A DNA stretch of 64,000 nt from Neocallimastix sp. 'constans' (taxonomy: Eukaryota): positions 310,001 through 374,000 of the forward strand of contig JBODTK010000108.1 in assembly GCA_050613775.1 (NCBI GenBank). Direction: 5' to 3'. Every line of letters starts with the position of its first letter. The first letter of the stretch is position 1. The notes under the pieces are model-generated. The model saw only the letters and a list, made by a program, of their open reading frames with translations. It made no database searches and had not been told where the DNA came from. Positions 29,455-43,206 of the stretch are shown here, one piece after another. A program made the position numbers and the translations under genes.

Positions 29455-31368
29455 ATCTCTAAAATTCTCTAGTTCAACTTGGATGTTAGCTGAATAGTTT
29501 GCCATTTTTCTCATTGTATCATCTATGTTAAAAGATTTGAACTTTTTATTGACATTAATTTCATTTTTCTCTTGTCTTCTTTTATTACTTCTAGTGGTGT
29601 ATTCATGTAAGTTGTTTGTTCATCTGGACTTGATTCTTTTAATTTTGTTTATTTAAGGATTTTCTTTTAAGAGAGCAATTTTTATTTGTTTCATTTACTT
29701 CATCGTTTTTTATTTGTTGAATTATTCATATTAATTAATGTATTTTCATTAGATTTATTTTTGTTTAATTCAACTATAACATAATTTTCCTTACTTTTAC
29801 AATTTCAGTGGAGGTTTGGCTTATGTTTTCCTTGTTTTTTACATTTTCACTAAAAATTGTCATTTTATAGAATTGTATCCAGGCTGAAAGTTGAGTACTG
29901 GTTTTTGATATTGATGTCATTTACCTTTGAGTTTACCTGGAAGTTCTTCATTATAAATATTATCTTCATGTAGTTTTTCATTGTTTATATCGCTTTTATA
30001 TTTACTTCCTGATCAAGTTTGAAACTTAAATTGCTAAAATTATTTGTATTTGAAATATTTGTAATTGATTTATCATTTAAAATTGAGTAATTTTTATTAA
30101 CCTGTTTTTCTAAGTTAGTTGGCTCATCATTACTATTATTGCCAGTAATTAAATTCAAGTGTTCATCATTATAATTTAAAGAAGAGTCATATTGAATATT
30201 ATTGTTTACATTATTTAACTTTTTTAAATTTTCAATTTTATTTTGATCAAAAAATGATTGAATGATAATCATTTAAATTAGTTAATTTAATGTATTTATT
30301 TAAGTAATTATAATAATCATTGAAATGTTGATAATTTAAATTTTGATTGAAATTTGGATAATCATGGATGTATCCGTTTGGTGGAATTTGATAATGAGAG
30401 AAAGGAATTTTATTGTAATAAAATAAATTATTTAAATAATGTGGAGTTTGATTTAAATTTTGATTAATGGTTATCGAAATAATTTTGTTGGTTGGTGACA
30501 GGTAAATTTGGAGAATTTAATTTGATAGTATCAGTTGTGTTACTATAAAAATTTAAGTTTGAATTGTTGTTAATTTATAGGATTATTTATATTAAGATCA
30601 ATATTTTTGTTGTTGTTGTTATTGTTCTTAATATATTGTGTGTCGTAGTTTTTGATTATGTCGTTGGTTTCCCCCTCAACTTTAAAAAAAAAGGTGAAAA
30701 AGGAATAGAAGAAGGATAAGAAGGTGGTACGGAGACATTTGGAAAAGTGTCTTCGTAGAATTCAACTGCTCTTGAAGTGATGATTTTATTATTATAAAAA
30801 TCATAGATCCTATAAGCCGTATGGTTTGTGTCATTGTAACCGATAAAAATACCATAGAGAGGTGGAATTATTGAGCTTTTTTTGGAAGTTGCTTTGGTAT
30901 ATAATAGAAAACTAAATATCTATAGACTGTGATTTCATTGTAATCCATCTTTTCGTTATACAATAATTCATAAGAAACTTGTTGGTTAATACTGTTATGT
31001 GGTATTCAGTTATGTATATATTTTGTAGTATTGACTGTATCTTCCCAGAATTGTTCATTAATTTTTGCTTCCTTTAGTATGGCTTTTGCTGAATTAATAA
31101 TTGTTATGTTGAATCTTTCGAAAAGGCCATTTTGTTGTGGGTTGTATGGGACAGTGAATTATTCTATAATGCTTTTGTTAATACAGAAGTTCTTTCGAAA
31201 TATAAATTATTGAATTCTGTTCTATTGTCCGTTCTGATGTACTTAATATTTTTGTTGAATATGTTTTTAATTTTCTTGTACCAATTGAAGAATATATTGA
31301 AAATCTTTTCTTTTGAATTGGTGAATAGAACCCATCCGTATCTTGTGTATTCATCTAGGATAGTTAAA

Positions 31369-31399
<31 letters not shown>

Positions 31400-32400
31400 A
31401 CACGGATGGTTTATCAATGGTTATACTGTGTCCATGTGTATTAACTCGTTTGTTAGAAGGGTAGTATGGTTTGTTTTGTAACTTGGAGCTGGCACAGATT
31501 TGACATGAATATTTTATTTCGATTTCTTTTAAGGGAGATGTGCATTTCACAATTGTGCATTTCGCAAAATGTGGCTTAAAATATTTTTAAAAAATAAACA
31601 TATAAATAAATAAAATTAATAAATAAATAAAAAATATAAATAAAAAAAAAATAAGTTAAAAATGTTTTATTATTACTCTTTTATATTTTATCTTAATTTC
31701 TATCAATTTTTAGTTTTATTTTATTATTAAAATTTTAATAAAATAAAAAAACTATATAATATTGATATTGATATTAATAATAAAAATAATTATATAATAT
31801 TGATATTGTTATTAATAGTAAAAAAACTATAAAATATTGATATTCTATATAATCATTTATTATTCAGAATAAATATAATATATAATTTTTTAATATAACA
31901 GTAATATGAAGATATAAAGTATATATGAAAGTATTTTTTATTGCTTAATATTTGAAATATTTATTATTTATAAATTTTTATTTATTATTTATTATTTATT
32001 AATTATTTATTTAAAAATATTTTATAATGAAATATTTAAAGACATATTTCAAAAATGATTTTTATTATTTATTTAATTATTTATTTATTGGTTAAAAAAA
32101 TTATATAATGTGGCAATTAATTAAAATATTTAAGCCACATTGCGAAATGATACACATTCATCTTTTAATTTATTATTAAATTTTTCTATATAAATGTGTG
32201 CCATTTTTCGATGCTAAATTTGCATTTTGTCATTGACTTTCGTTAACCTATCACATATCTTTTTAATATTATTTTTGAAACTGAATTTATTTCTTGATGT
32301 CCAGTTATTTTGTTATATAATTGCTTTATATTAATAGTTTTTTTTTTGTTGTTGTAGTTGTAAATAAAAATGGTTGAACCAACTGAGACTCTTAATCTTT
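29455..32400 (-). mobile_element. Ty1/copia LTR retrotransposon remnant (pre-integrase Zn finger, integrase core, SH3-like region, start of RT)
   Basis: *HRKMAH...CQICASSK, IHMDTV, YILTILDEYTRYGW, IRTDNRTEF, TVPYNPQQNGLFERFN, FWEDTV and GIFIGYNDTNHTAYRIYD...ITSRAVEFYE, with multiple stops and frameshifts. No LTRs recognised. Confidence 0.88.
31533..32160. mobile_element. MITE inserted into the copia integrase Zn finger, TSD TCTTTTAA
   Basis: TCTTTTAA at 31525-31532 and 32161-32168. Inverted ends (CATTTCGCAAAATGTGGCTTAAAATATTT ... AAAATATTTAAGCCACATTGCGAAATG) around an AT-only interior. Confidence 0.8.
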
Positions 32401-32434
32401 AAGGTTTTTTTAATGATAAATTTTATTAATAAAC

Positions 32435-32623
32435 GATAAGTTGCATTTCGCCAAATTGAAAATTAATAATTAATAAATAAATAAATAAAATAAAATTAAA
32501 ATAATATTTATTATTACCTAAATATTGTAAAAAAAGATTTAAAAAACATATTTTGAATTTTTATTTATTTATTTATTCATTTATTTATATCAATACACCA
32601 CTTGGCAAAATGCAACTATATCC
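32435..32623. mobile_element. Shorter copy of the 27067 MITE family
   Basis: Ends AGTTGCATTTCGCCAA ... TTGGCAAAATGCAACT. The interior is colinear with 27155-27315 (e.g. tttattcatttatttatatcaatac). Confidence 0.75.
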
Positions 32624-33925
32624 TATAAAATAATAAATTAAAAAAAAAAATAGTTTAAAAATCTAACCACCTATTAAATTAAAAAAATTTTAAAAATCTA
32701 TTAGTTTATTAAAAATTCAAATTAAATAATAATAATAAAAAAAAAATTAATATATATTTAGTAAAATGTATCTATGTATTATATTATGAAAAGAGTAACA
32801 ATAAAAATTCATAGATTAAGTTATTAATACTATATTAAGTAATAAGGTGGTATTTTATATTTTAAAGTTAAAAAAAAAATTAATAATTAATTATTATAAA
32901 TTAATATTGAATAAATAAAAATGATATAAGAATTAGATGGTATTATAAATAAAGTAGTAATCTACATTAAAAAAATATTTTATTAAATTAATATTATTCA
33001 TATTATTCATTAAAAGTACTTATTAGTAAAGTATATTTTATAAATATGTTATTAAAACTTTAATTCTCATAAATTTTAATTTATTATAAAAATTTTCCAT
33101 AATAATATTTTAATTTTTATTATTATTATCATTACTTTTTTTTATTTCATTTTATTATATTTTATAAGAATATCAATAAATATATTAGTAGAATAATAAT
33201 GAGATATAATTATATATTTTAATTACTATATAAAATATCACATATTACGCCTAAATTTATTTTTTGTTCTTTATAAATATTGTTGAATTGTATATTTTTA
33301 TAAATATGAATATTTCAAAAATTTTTTTTTTTCTGTATTATCTTCTTCAAGTACAATCATCCATTTATTTTTTACTTTAATTATTAGTAAATTAAAAAAT
33401 ATAAAAAAAATAATTTAAATATTAAATTAAATTTTAAGATCAATTAATTTAATATACCTAAAGAAATATAATAAATTATATGTTAGGTTTTATATATCAT
33501 TTTATTTTTTTTTTATAATAATATATTATAAAATAAATTATATTTATATATAATAAATAATTAAATAATAAAATAAAATATTATATATATATTTTATTTT
33601 TTATTTATTTAATCTTATCAAATTAGTACAAAAAAAAAAAAAAAAGACAAGAAGAAAATAGGAGTATTTGCCTGGCTTTATCAGTGGTAAGATAAAATAT
33701 TTCGTATCTCAATATCGATAAAGGAAATAGTTCTTCAGTCATTAAATATAATAAATATATATGTGCTTTTGATTTTTATAACTTTATAATAAGTGAAATT
33801 TATTATTAATTGATATGATAATTATATATTATTAAAATTATTATCAATATTAATAATAAAATTATCTTAAATATTAAAAGTTTGATTAAAAATAAAAAAT
33901 ATTTAATTAGTAAAAAATAAATTAA

Positions 33926-33965
<40 letters not shown>

Positions 33966-34601
33966 TTGAAGTTAAATAAAATTTTATTAATAATTAATGA
34001 ATCTTTATTAGTATAATTAATAATTAAAAATAATAATAATTATTATTATTAGTATTTTTAATTATTCTTGTAGTTATTAATTAAATTTTATTTATTTATA
34101 AATGTTTTTATTAATTATTATTTCATTAATTAATACAATTTATTATTTAAAAAATTTTTTTATGAGATTTTATTAAAAAAATAATTTTTAATATTATTAT
34201 TTTTAATAAAGATAAAAAAGTTTAAATTTTTTTTCTTTTTATATCTAATTATTTTTCCAATTTATTATTATTTTTCTAATTCTTTAATTAGTTTTTTTCT
34301 AGTAGAAAAAAAAAAAAAAGGAAGAAACAAAAATAGTCATATATAATAATAATAAAACTATAAAGTATTATAATTCATTTGAATACAAGCTTTTTAGTTA
34401 TTTATTAAAAAAAAAAGAAATAAAATAATAAAATAATAATAAAAAAAATCAATAAATAGTTAAATATTATATTTCTTTGAAACTTAAAAATATAAAAGAA
34501 ATAAAATTAAAAAAGTCAAAATAAATAGTTTTAATTTTTATACTTTTTTTAACGACAAATAATAAAGAAGTATTTTTTTTTAAATCTCAATATATTACAA
34601 G

Positions 34602-36113
34602 ATGATTCAAGAAGAAGTTATTGTCAATAAACCAACTGATGAAATTGCCGAAATCCTCAATAAGAAGACTCCGTAATTATTATTATTTCATTATTATTTT
34701 TGTCAAATTTTAATTTTTAAAAAATTAATAATTGTTTAATTATACTAAACATTTTGTTATAATAGTATAATAAATAATTGAAAAAAAAAAAAAAAAAAAA
34801 AGATATATTAATTACTAAAAGCTTTTTTTTTTTTTTTTTTTTTTTTGAAATAAATGTCATTATATATATATATACAATAACAGAGAAACTTTAAAGAAAC
34901 ATATTACTGAATTAATGACTAAAAGTGTTGCATGTTTTGCTTATGGCAGACCTCATGCTCTTCCTTGTTGTTATTATGATGTTTCCAAAGGGTATTAATT
35001 ATTACTTTTTTTTTATTTTAATTTTATATTTTTTACTATTTGTTATTGTCTTAAATTTTAAAAATATAATAAAACGATCTAATTTAAATATTATTTTATT
35101 TTCACTTATTTTAAATTTTATTTCAATTATCCATAATAATCATTTAATCATTATAATTAATAAACCATCTTTTTTATTTAAATAAACAATTTATGAAATA
35201 TTTATTGATTGTGAATATTGTTACTATTAAAATTTATATATTAGTAAAAATGAAAATGGAGAATACCCATTATTAAGAGAAGTCAACATGATATCAAATA
35301 CTAGATTATATGGTAATTATAAAATTTATTATCATTTTTTTTTTTTAAAATAATAAATAAAATATAATTCATAAAAAATGGTTATATTAACATGCAATTT
35401 TGTTTTAATAAATTTTATAAAATTAAATTAATAATATTTAGCCCAACATCAACATGTTTATCATTGTCTTGAAGAAGCTTTAGAATACAAATTTACTATG
35501 ACTTACAGGTATGAATTTTATATGTAGTTTATAATTTAATGAGTTTTCCTTTAGTTAATTTATTTAAGCTCATTTATTAATTATATAATATTTTTTTTAT
35601 CTAGTTATATAAGAGATTCTCATCCACAAATTTGGAAAGATGAAAATGAACTTGAAGCAGTTGTCAATAGTTGCTTAGACTATCTTGACCGTGATAGAGA
35701 AGTTATTCACATTGTAAGTATATTTATGTATATTTATATACTTTTTTTATTTATTAATTTTAATATCTTAAAGCGAGCAAGTAGAAATAAAATAAAATAA
35801 AATAAAATAAAATAAAATAAAATAAAATAAAATAAAATAAAATAAAATAAAATAAAATAAAATAAACGTTTTTTTTTTTTTTTTTTTTTTAAAAAAAAAA
35901 GAATATATAATTAAGTATATTATAATAAATTCTTTATAAATAGGATGATGTTGAATTCCCAATGTTATGTGGTGATATAACTGTTCAAAAACAAGACTGT
36001 AGTGTACTTGATACTGAAGGAAAATATATGGTACAAATACATATGATATATATATACATATACATATTGAATATATTGAATATATTAAATTTATATATAT
36101 AAGTATTTGATTT

Positions 36114-36145
<32 letters not shown>

Positions 36146-36564
36146 TTTTGAATTATTTATTAGGTTTATCCACTTCCAAATGCTGATGAATATAGTCCTG
36201 AGGGTATATAATCATTATTGTTATTTTAAATAGTTGTTTCATAAGGAATTATAGATAATTTTTTTTATTTTCCTTTTCATTTATTAATATATATATAATT
36301 ATTAACAATGGATAATTAATACTATTTTATTGCTATTATTATTATTATTATTATATTCTGCTAAAAATTAAAAGATTTCGAATTTCCAGACAACTTAGAT
36401 TGTGTTTTACTTGTACAAAGCTCTAGTTTCTTATTCTTATTGAAAGAAATTAAATTCTTTGAACAATGTAAAAAGAATGGAAAGCCAGTCTGTGGTATAT
36501 CAGTATGTAAAATTAATTTAAATCATATTTTTAAATTAGAATAGTTTAATATATTAATTTATAA

Positions 36565-36619
<55 letters not shown>

Positions 36620-37581
36620 AAAGAATAATAACAATAACAACATTAATTCTAATATTAATTGAATTAATATATATTTGTAATATATTTTAGTTTGCTAATG
36701 TTTTAGATGAAAATACTCAAAAATACATTAAATTAATTTCTAAGGCTTGTGAAAAGAATGGAATTCCAATTAAACTTTTAACAGATGCTACCAGTATTGC
36801 TATTCATCAATTTGTTTTACCATTAAAACATGGTTTTGCTACTGTAAATTATTATTATTATTTTTTTTTTTTTTGAAAATAAAACTTCATTATAATAATG
36901 ATTTCATAATTATTAATGTATTTTTAAATATATTTTATACGAACCATTTATTTTTTTATTTTATTTTTATTAATTTTTATTTTTTTAAAGGGTGAAGGTA
37001 AAAGAACTGAACCAATATGCCCATCTGTTAAATGGATTGGTTTAACTAAGGAAGAAATTACAAAGTAATTTTTTATTTTATTTTTTTTATTAGTAGTTTT
37101 TAATATTAGCATATTATTTAGTATGAAAATATTATTTTTATTTACATTTAATTAATTATATATATAAAATATTGTAATAAATAGGAAAATCAGTTTTATG
37201 TATAGAATTGCTATTCCAGAACCAATGAAAAAAGCATACTTTACTGTTATTGATGAATGTACTGAATTAGGTGAAGAAAAAATTGCGTATGTATTCAGTT
37301 GTATTTTAATGAAATATTTTAAATACTTTTCATCTATAGTAAAATATTATTTACATATATACCTATTATTATTTATATTAAAAATTTAAATTTTTATTTC
37401 ATTTTTATTTTTTATACTATTTATTTTATATTACTATTTTTATTTATTGAATTAAAGTAATGAATTAAGAGAAATGATGGGTACTCAATATGCTATGTCT
37501 CTTATTCAAATTGTTGCCATGGTTCCATGTGATTTCTATATTCAATGGGAAGATAGTTTCTCAAAGAGAGAAGGTTTTTAG
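34602..37581 (+). CDS. 12-exon gene, 376 aa, uncharacterised; possible degenerate dethiobiotin-synthetase (BioD/AAA_26)-like fold
   Basis: Exons 34602-34672, 34884-34991, 35245-35312, 35442-35508, 35605-35713, 35944-36030, 36164-36203, 36375-36502, 36691-36843, 36991-37064, 37185-37286 and 37458-37581. All introns are GT-AG with consistent phases, giving 1131 nt open from MIQEEVIVNK to WEDSFSKREGF*. The gene model is well supported; the fold call is tentative. Confidence 0.85.
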
Positions 37582-38339
37582 ACATTGAATCAATTATTGA
37601 AATAACAATTTATTAATTCATGTGTAATATAATACTTTTTCATGTCATATTTAAAAAAATATTTAATTATTTATTGAATTGTTATAAAAAAAAAAAAAAA
37701 AAAAAAAACAAAAACAAAAAAAAAAAAAAGCATTTTATTATTTTATAAAATTTTAATATATAAATGTTTTTCTTATTATTTTTATAAGAAAAATACAAAT
37801 TATATAAAATATATTTAATTCAATTAAATCCATTTAATATCATAATATATTTTAAAGTAATATACATTAAAAAAAAAAAAAAAAAAGAAAAAATTTTTTT
37901 TTTTTTTTTTTTGAAATTATAAATAATTAAAAAAAAATTTTTTTAATTAATATAAAACTAAAAAAAAGCAACAACTTTTAAATTTTTTTTTTTTTTTTCA
38001 TTTTGATATTGTGAAAACTTTTGCAATATTTACTTAATAATCTAATCTATTATAAAATCTATTATATAAAATAAGAAAATTAAATAAAGTTTTCAAAATA
38101 TAAAAAAAAATAATTAATGACGGTGTGTGTTTTTAATTTAATTTATGGAATTTTTACATAAAAATATCTAGTTTTAATATATTACGAAAAAATTTTGATG
38201 ATAAATTTATTCTTAACTAAAATCAAATATTACTTAATAATTATTATTAAAAAGTATAGTACTTTTGATCAAACTATACTATCTAATAAAGTGCGTTATT
38301 AAATATTTAATAAGTATAAAAGAAAAGTACGAAATTTAT

Positions 38340-38374
<35 letters not shown>

Positions 38375-39104
38375 GTCATTAGAAATAATAAATTATATTA
38401 ATTATTCTATAAATTATATATATGTATTAAAAAATTTTTTAAAAATGATATTATTTAAATTCATTAATTTTTATTTTATTTTTATATAATTAGTAATGTT
38501 AATAAAAAATAATAAAGTTCAGTTGAATTAAATAGATTTTCAAAGTTAAGTATAGATGATGTTGTTAAACTAAGAAGGAATGTGTAAATAAAATTGAATA
38601 TATATATATATAAAATAAATATTTAATTTTTTTATATTTATAAATATATATAATAAATATTAATTAGATATTTATTATAATTATTATTTTTTATTTTAAA
38701 ATAATACTTATTAGAAAGATATTTCTTAAAATGTATCAGTGGTACAGATATAAATAAGTATGCTAAATTTATTTTATTTTTTTTTTTATTTTTTATTTTT
38801 TTTTTTTTTACTGAATATTCTAAATTTTTTATTTTATATTTAAAAATTTAAAAAAAGTTATTTTAAATGGGAGAAATGGAATTACTGAGTACCAGAATAT
38901 ATATATATATATTCATAATAATAAATCATGAAAGAAAAAAAAGAACTATTAAAGTTTGATATTATTAAAATTTTATTTTATATATATTTTATTTTTTTTT
39001 TAAATAAAAATTTTCAGTATTGATAATAGTAAATACATTACACTTAATTTTAGTTTCTAATATTGTTAATAATGAATAAGAATTTTTTTTTTTTTGAATT
39101 ATAA

Positions 39105-39241
39105 ATAATATACGTGATTAATCATCAGCAATAACATTTTTAATTAAATTTTGTATAGATTTATTAATATTAAAAATTATTTGTATATTCTTTTTTTATA
39201 TTAAAAATTAAATTTTTTTATTCCATTTATTCATTCATTAA

Positions 39242-39310
<69 letters not shown>

Positions 39311-39400
39311 TTTATATAAATATTCCTCTTTTCTTTAAAAAAATAAAAAAAATGAAAAAAATAACGAAAATAAAATAAAATAAAATAATAGAACAATCCA
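39105..39400 (+). promoter_or_regulatory. Orphan, diverged copy of the SPFH-gene proximal promoter with no CDS behind it
   Basis: Same order of elements as upstream of SPFH genes: (t)ACGTGATTA...ttccatttattcatt...TATATAAATATTCCT...A-rich leader. It then runs into the next unit's distal flank. Confidence 0.55.
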
Positions 39401-40262
39401 TAATTTATTGATAAGTCTTAATTTTAACTTATAATCAATTTTATTCATTTTTTTTTTAAAATAAATATATATATATATATTCAATGTAAAACTATGGTAA
39501 CTAATTATCATGGATGAAAATTTATATTTTTATTTTTATTGTTACACAATTAGTCGGTAAAAAGTGAATAAAAAGTTAATGTGGAAGAAAATAGATTTCA
39601 ATTGTTTTACATGTTAACAAAGCAAGAATTATTTTGATAAATCAAAATATTATATAAATTTTTAAAAATTAATTATAAATATATTTCATACTAAAATATA
39701 ATTATTTTATTAATAAATTTTATAATTTAAATAATTGAAGGATTGATTTTTTTGTTGAAGTATTAAAATATTTATAAATAAATGAATTCATTGTTATATC
39801 TAATAATATTATTTAATACTTTACTTTTAATTTTTTCAGATTAACACAATTATATATATATATATATATTAAAACAATATTTTTTTATATTATTTTTATT
39901 TAGCAAACATTGAATTTATATTTTTAATATTTTACACAAAATGGATATATAATTTTGTAATTTTTAAAAAATGATGTAATTTAGGAAAAAAAAAGAAAAT
40001 CATGTAAAAACAATTTTTATATAATTAAAAAAATAGAAAAATACAAATACGAAAAAAAGAAAAACTATATTATATTTAATTTATAAGAAAATATCCTCAT
40101 GAAAAAAGTTATATAAAGTTGACATTATTTTTAAAAAATTAAATTTAAAAAAGAAGTAAAGAAAAAAAAGAATTATCACAATAATATTTTAAATTCTTTT
40201 ATATAAATTTAGTATTTAATATTTAATGAATATTCTGATTTTTTAAAAAGAATATTGCACTT

Positions 40263-40268
40263 CACGTG
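40263..40268. promoter_or_regulatory. E-box CACGTG upstream of SPFH copy 1 (also 42786-42791, 56887-56892, 62007-62012)
   Basis: CACGTGAT is present 330-460 bp upstream of all four intact copies and precedes a shared TATAAATATTCCT TATA-like element. Confidence 0.5.
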
Positions 40269-40575
40269 ATTAGTCTCTAATAATATTAAATTTATTGTGG
40301 ATATAATTATTTTTACTGCCTTTAATATAATAAAAAAATTTTTAATTTAATTTTTTTTAAGAATAATTTTATTTCGTTTATTCATTAAATTAAAATTTTT
40401 TTTATATAAATATTCCTTTTTTCCTTACAAAATTGAAAAACTGAAAAACTACAAAAAACAATAAACCAAAAACAAACGAACAAAACAAAAAACCAAAAAC
40501 AAACGAACAAAACAAAAACAAAAACAAAAACAAAAACAAAAACAAAAACAAAAACAAAAACAAAAACAAAAACAA

Positions 40576-40606
<31 letters not shown>

Positions 40607-40725
40607 CTTAAAATTAAATAAAAAATATCTTAAAAATTATAAATAAATCTATATTAATAAATTTAAAATATAGTAAAAAAATATATTGATACATTAAAAA
40701 AAAAAAAAAAAATTAAAAAATAATA

Positions 40726-41568
40726 ATGGATTTTGAAAATAAGAAAAAATTTACCAAGAAAATCATAAATGGATTTATTTGTTTTATTATTGCTATTATT
40801 GTAATTCTTTTCGGTATTGGCTCCTTTACTGTGATCGATGCTGGTCATACAGGTGTTGTGGTGAGATTAGGAAAAGTATCTGATAATGTTCTTAGCGAAG
40901 GATTTCACTTCAAATTACCAATTATTACAAATATTGTTAAAATTGATAATAGAGTACTTAAAACCGAAGTCAAATCCGATTCAGCTTCTAAGGATTTACA
41001 ATCTATTTCTTCAAAAGTATCAGTAAACTACAGAGTAAATACTAATTCTTCTGCTAAGATTTATAAGAATGTTGGTCAAAACTTTGAAACAGTTATTGTA
41101 AATCCAGCTATTCAAGAATGCATGAAATCAGTTACTGCTAAATATACTGCAGAAGAACTCATTACCAAACGTGCAATAGTATCTTCAGAAATGGAAAAAG
41201 AAATTTCACAAAAGATTAATCCCTACGGATTAAATATTGAAGTATTCAATATTATTGATTTTGACTTCTCAGAAGAATTCAGTAAAGCCATTGAAGCCAA
41301 ACAAACGGCTCAACAACAAGCATTAAAAGCTGAACAAGATCTTGCAAGAATTAAAGTTGAAGCTAGTCAAACGGTTGAAAAGGCTAAAGCAGAATCGGAA
41401 GCCTATCAACTTAAAAATCAACAATTAACAGATAAAGTCATTATGATGGAATTTGTTGAAAAATGGGATGGAAAACTTCCTACGGTTACATCAGGCGGAT
41501 CAGCATTATTTGATATGAGTTCATTTATTAACAGTAATGGACTTAAAGATGATAAAAAAGGAAAATAA
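40726..41568 (+). CDS. SPFH/Band 7/prohibitin-family membrane protein, bacterial type, copy 1
   Basis: N-terminal TM helix, then AGHTGVVVRLGKV...EGFHFKLP, ASKDLQ, VNYRV, KYTAEELITKR, FSKAIEAKQTAQQ coiled coil and KWDGKLP. Intronless, 280 aa. Confidence 0.93.
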   Translation: MDFENKKKFTKKIINGFICFIIAIIVILFGIGSFTVIDAGHTGVVVRLGKVSDNVLSEGFHFKLPIITNIVKIDNRVLKTEVKSDSASKDLQSISSKVSVNYRVNTNSSAKIYKNVGQNFETVIVNPAIQECMKSVTAKYTAEELITKRAIVSSEMEKEISQKINPYGLNIEVFNIIDFDFSEEFSKAIEAKQTAQQQALKAEQDLARIKVEASQTVEKAKAESEAYQLKNQQLTDKVIMMEFVEKWDGKLPTVTSGGSALFDMSSFINSNGLKDDKKGK

Positions 41569-43206
41569 AAATAATAAATATGTAATTTATTATGAAAATA
41601 AAAACACATCGAGAATTTCGTTGTATTTATTTCAAACCTTGCATATAATATTGTATATAATATATAAATGAAATGAAAAAAAAATAAAAAAAAAAAAAAA
41701 TAAAATAAAATAAAAAATTTATTTTCTATTAAATAGGATATAATATTATTATAATATAATATAGATTTATAAATTTTTAAAATATTGAATAAGTAATAAA
41801 ATATTTATATTATAATATTATAATATTGTTTTTGAATTTTATTATGAAAATACCATATAATATTAAAAATAAATAACAAATATTAAAAATGTATAATAAT
41901 AATAATAATAATAATAATTATAATAATAATAATTTTAATAACATTTATTATTCAATAAAGCACTATACCCAAAAAATAAAATATTATTATTCTTTTAAAT
42001 ATTATTAAAATATTATTAATAATGAAACTATTAAAATATCAATATTATTAAATATTACGTTCAAATGTGGTATCATGTAATATATTTTTATAATAAAAAG
42101 TTAATATGGAAGAAAATAGATTTCAATTGTTTTAAATGTTAACAAAGCAAGAATTATTTTGATAAATCAAAATATTATATAAATTTTTAAAAATTAATTA
42201 TAAATATATTTCATACTAAAATATAATTATTTTATTAATAAATTTTATAATTTAAATAATTGAAGGATTGATTTTTTTGTTGAAGTATTAAAATATTTAT
42301 AAATAAATGAATTCATTGTTATATCTAATAATATTATTTAATACTTTACTTTTAATTTTTTCAGATTAACACAATTATATATATATATTAAAACAATATT
42401 TTTTTATATTATTTTTATTTAGCAAACATTGAATTTATATTTTTAATATTTTACACAAAATGGATATATAATTTTGTAATTTTTAAAAAATGATGTAATT
42501 TAGGAAAAAAAAAGAAAATCATGTAAAAACAATTTTTATATAATTAAAAAAATAGAAAAATACAAATACGAAAAAAAGAAAAACTATATTTTATTTAATT
42601 TATAAGAAAATATCCTCATGAAAAAAGTTATATAAAGTTGACATTATTTTTAAAAAATTAAATTTAAAAAAGAAGTAAAGAAAAAAAAGAATTATCACAA
42701 TAATTTTTTAAATTAATGCTTTTATATAAATTTAGTATTTAACATTTAATGAATATTCTGATTTTTTAAAAAGAATATTGCACTTCACGTGATTAGTCTC
42801 TAATAATATTAAATTTATTGTGGATATAATTATTTTTACTGCCTTTAATATAATAAAAAAATTTTTAATTTAATTTTTTTTAAGAATAATTTTATTTCGT
42901 TTATTCATTAAATTAAAATTTTTTTTATATAAATATTCCTTTTTTCCTTACAAAATTGAAAAACTGAAAAACTACAAAAAACAAAAAACCAAAAACAAAC
43001 GAACAAAACAAAAACAAAAACAAAAACAAAAACAAAAACAAAACAAAATAAAAATAAAAATAAAAATAAAAATAAAAATAAAAACTTAAAATTAAATAAA
43101 AAATATCTTAAAAATTATAAATAAATCTATATAAATAAATTTAAAATATAGTAAAAAAATATATTGATACATTAAAAAAAAAAAAAAAAAAAATTAAAAA
43201 ATAATA

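Noticed and set aside
31031..31464. Plus-strand ORFs of 60 and 110 aa
   Set aside because: Antisense shadows of the copia integrase.
34925..37389. ORFs 34925..35185 and 37198..37389
   Set aside because: Partial exon or wrong-frame read-through into introns of the 12-exon gene.
41650..41662. TGTATATA (Puf-type element) in SPFH 3' UTRs
   Set aside because: Expected by chance at this AT content, and shared simply by descent.
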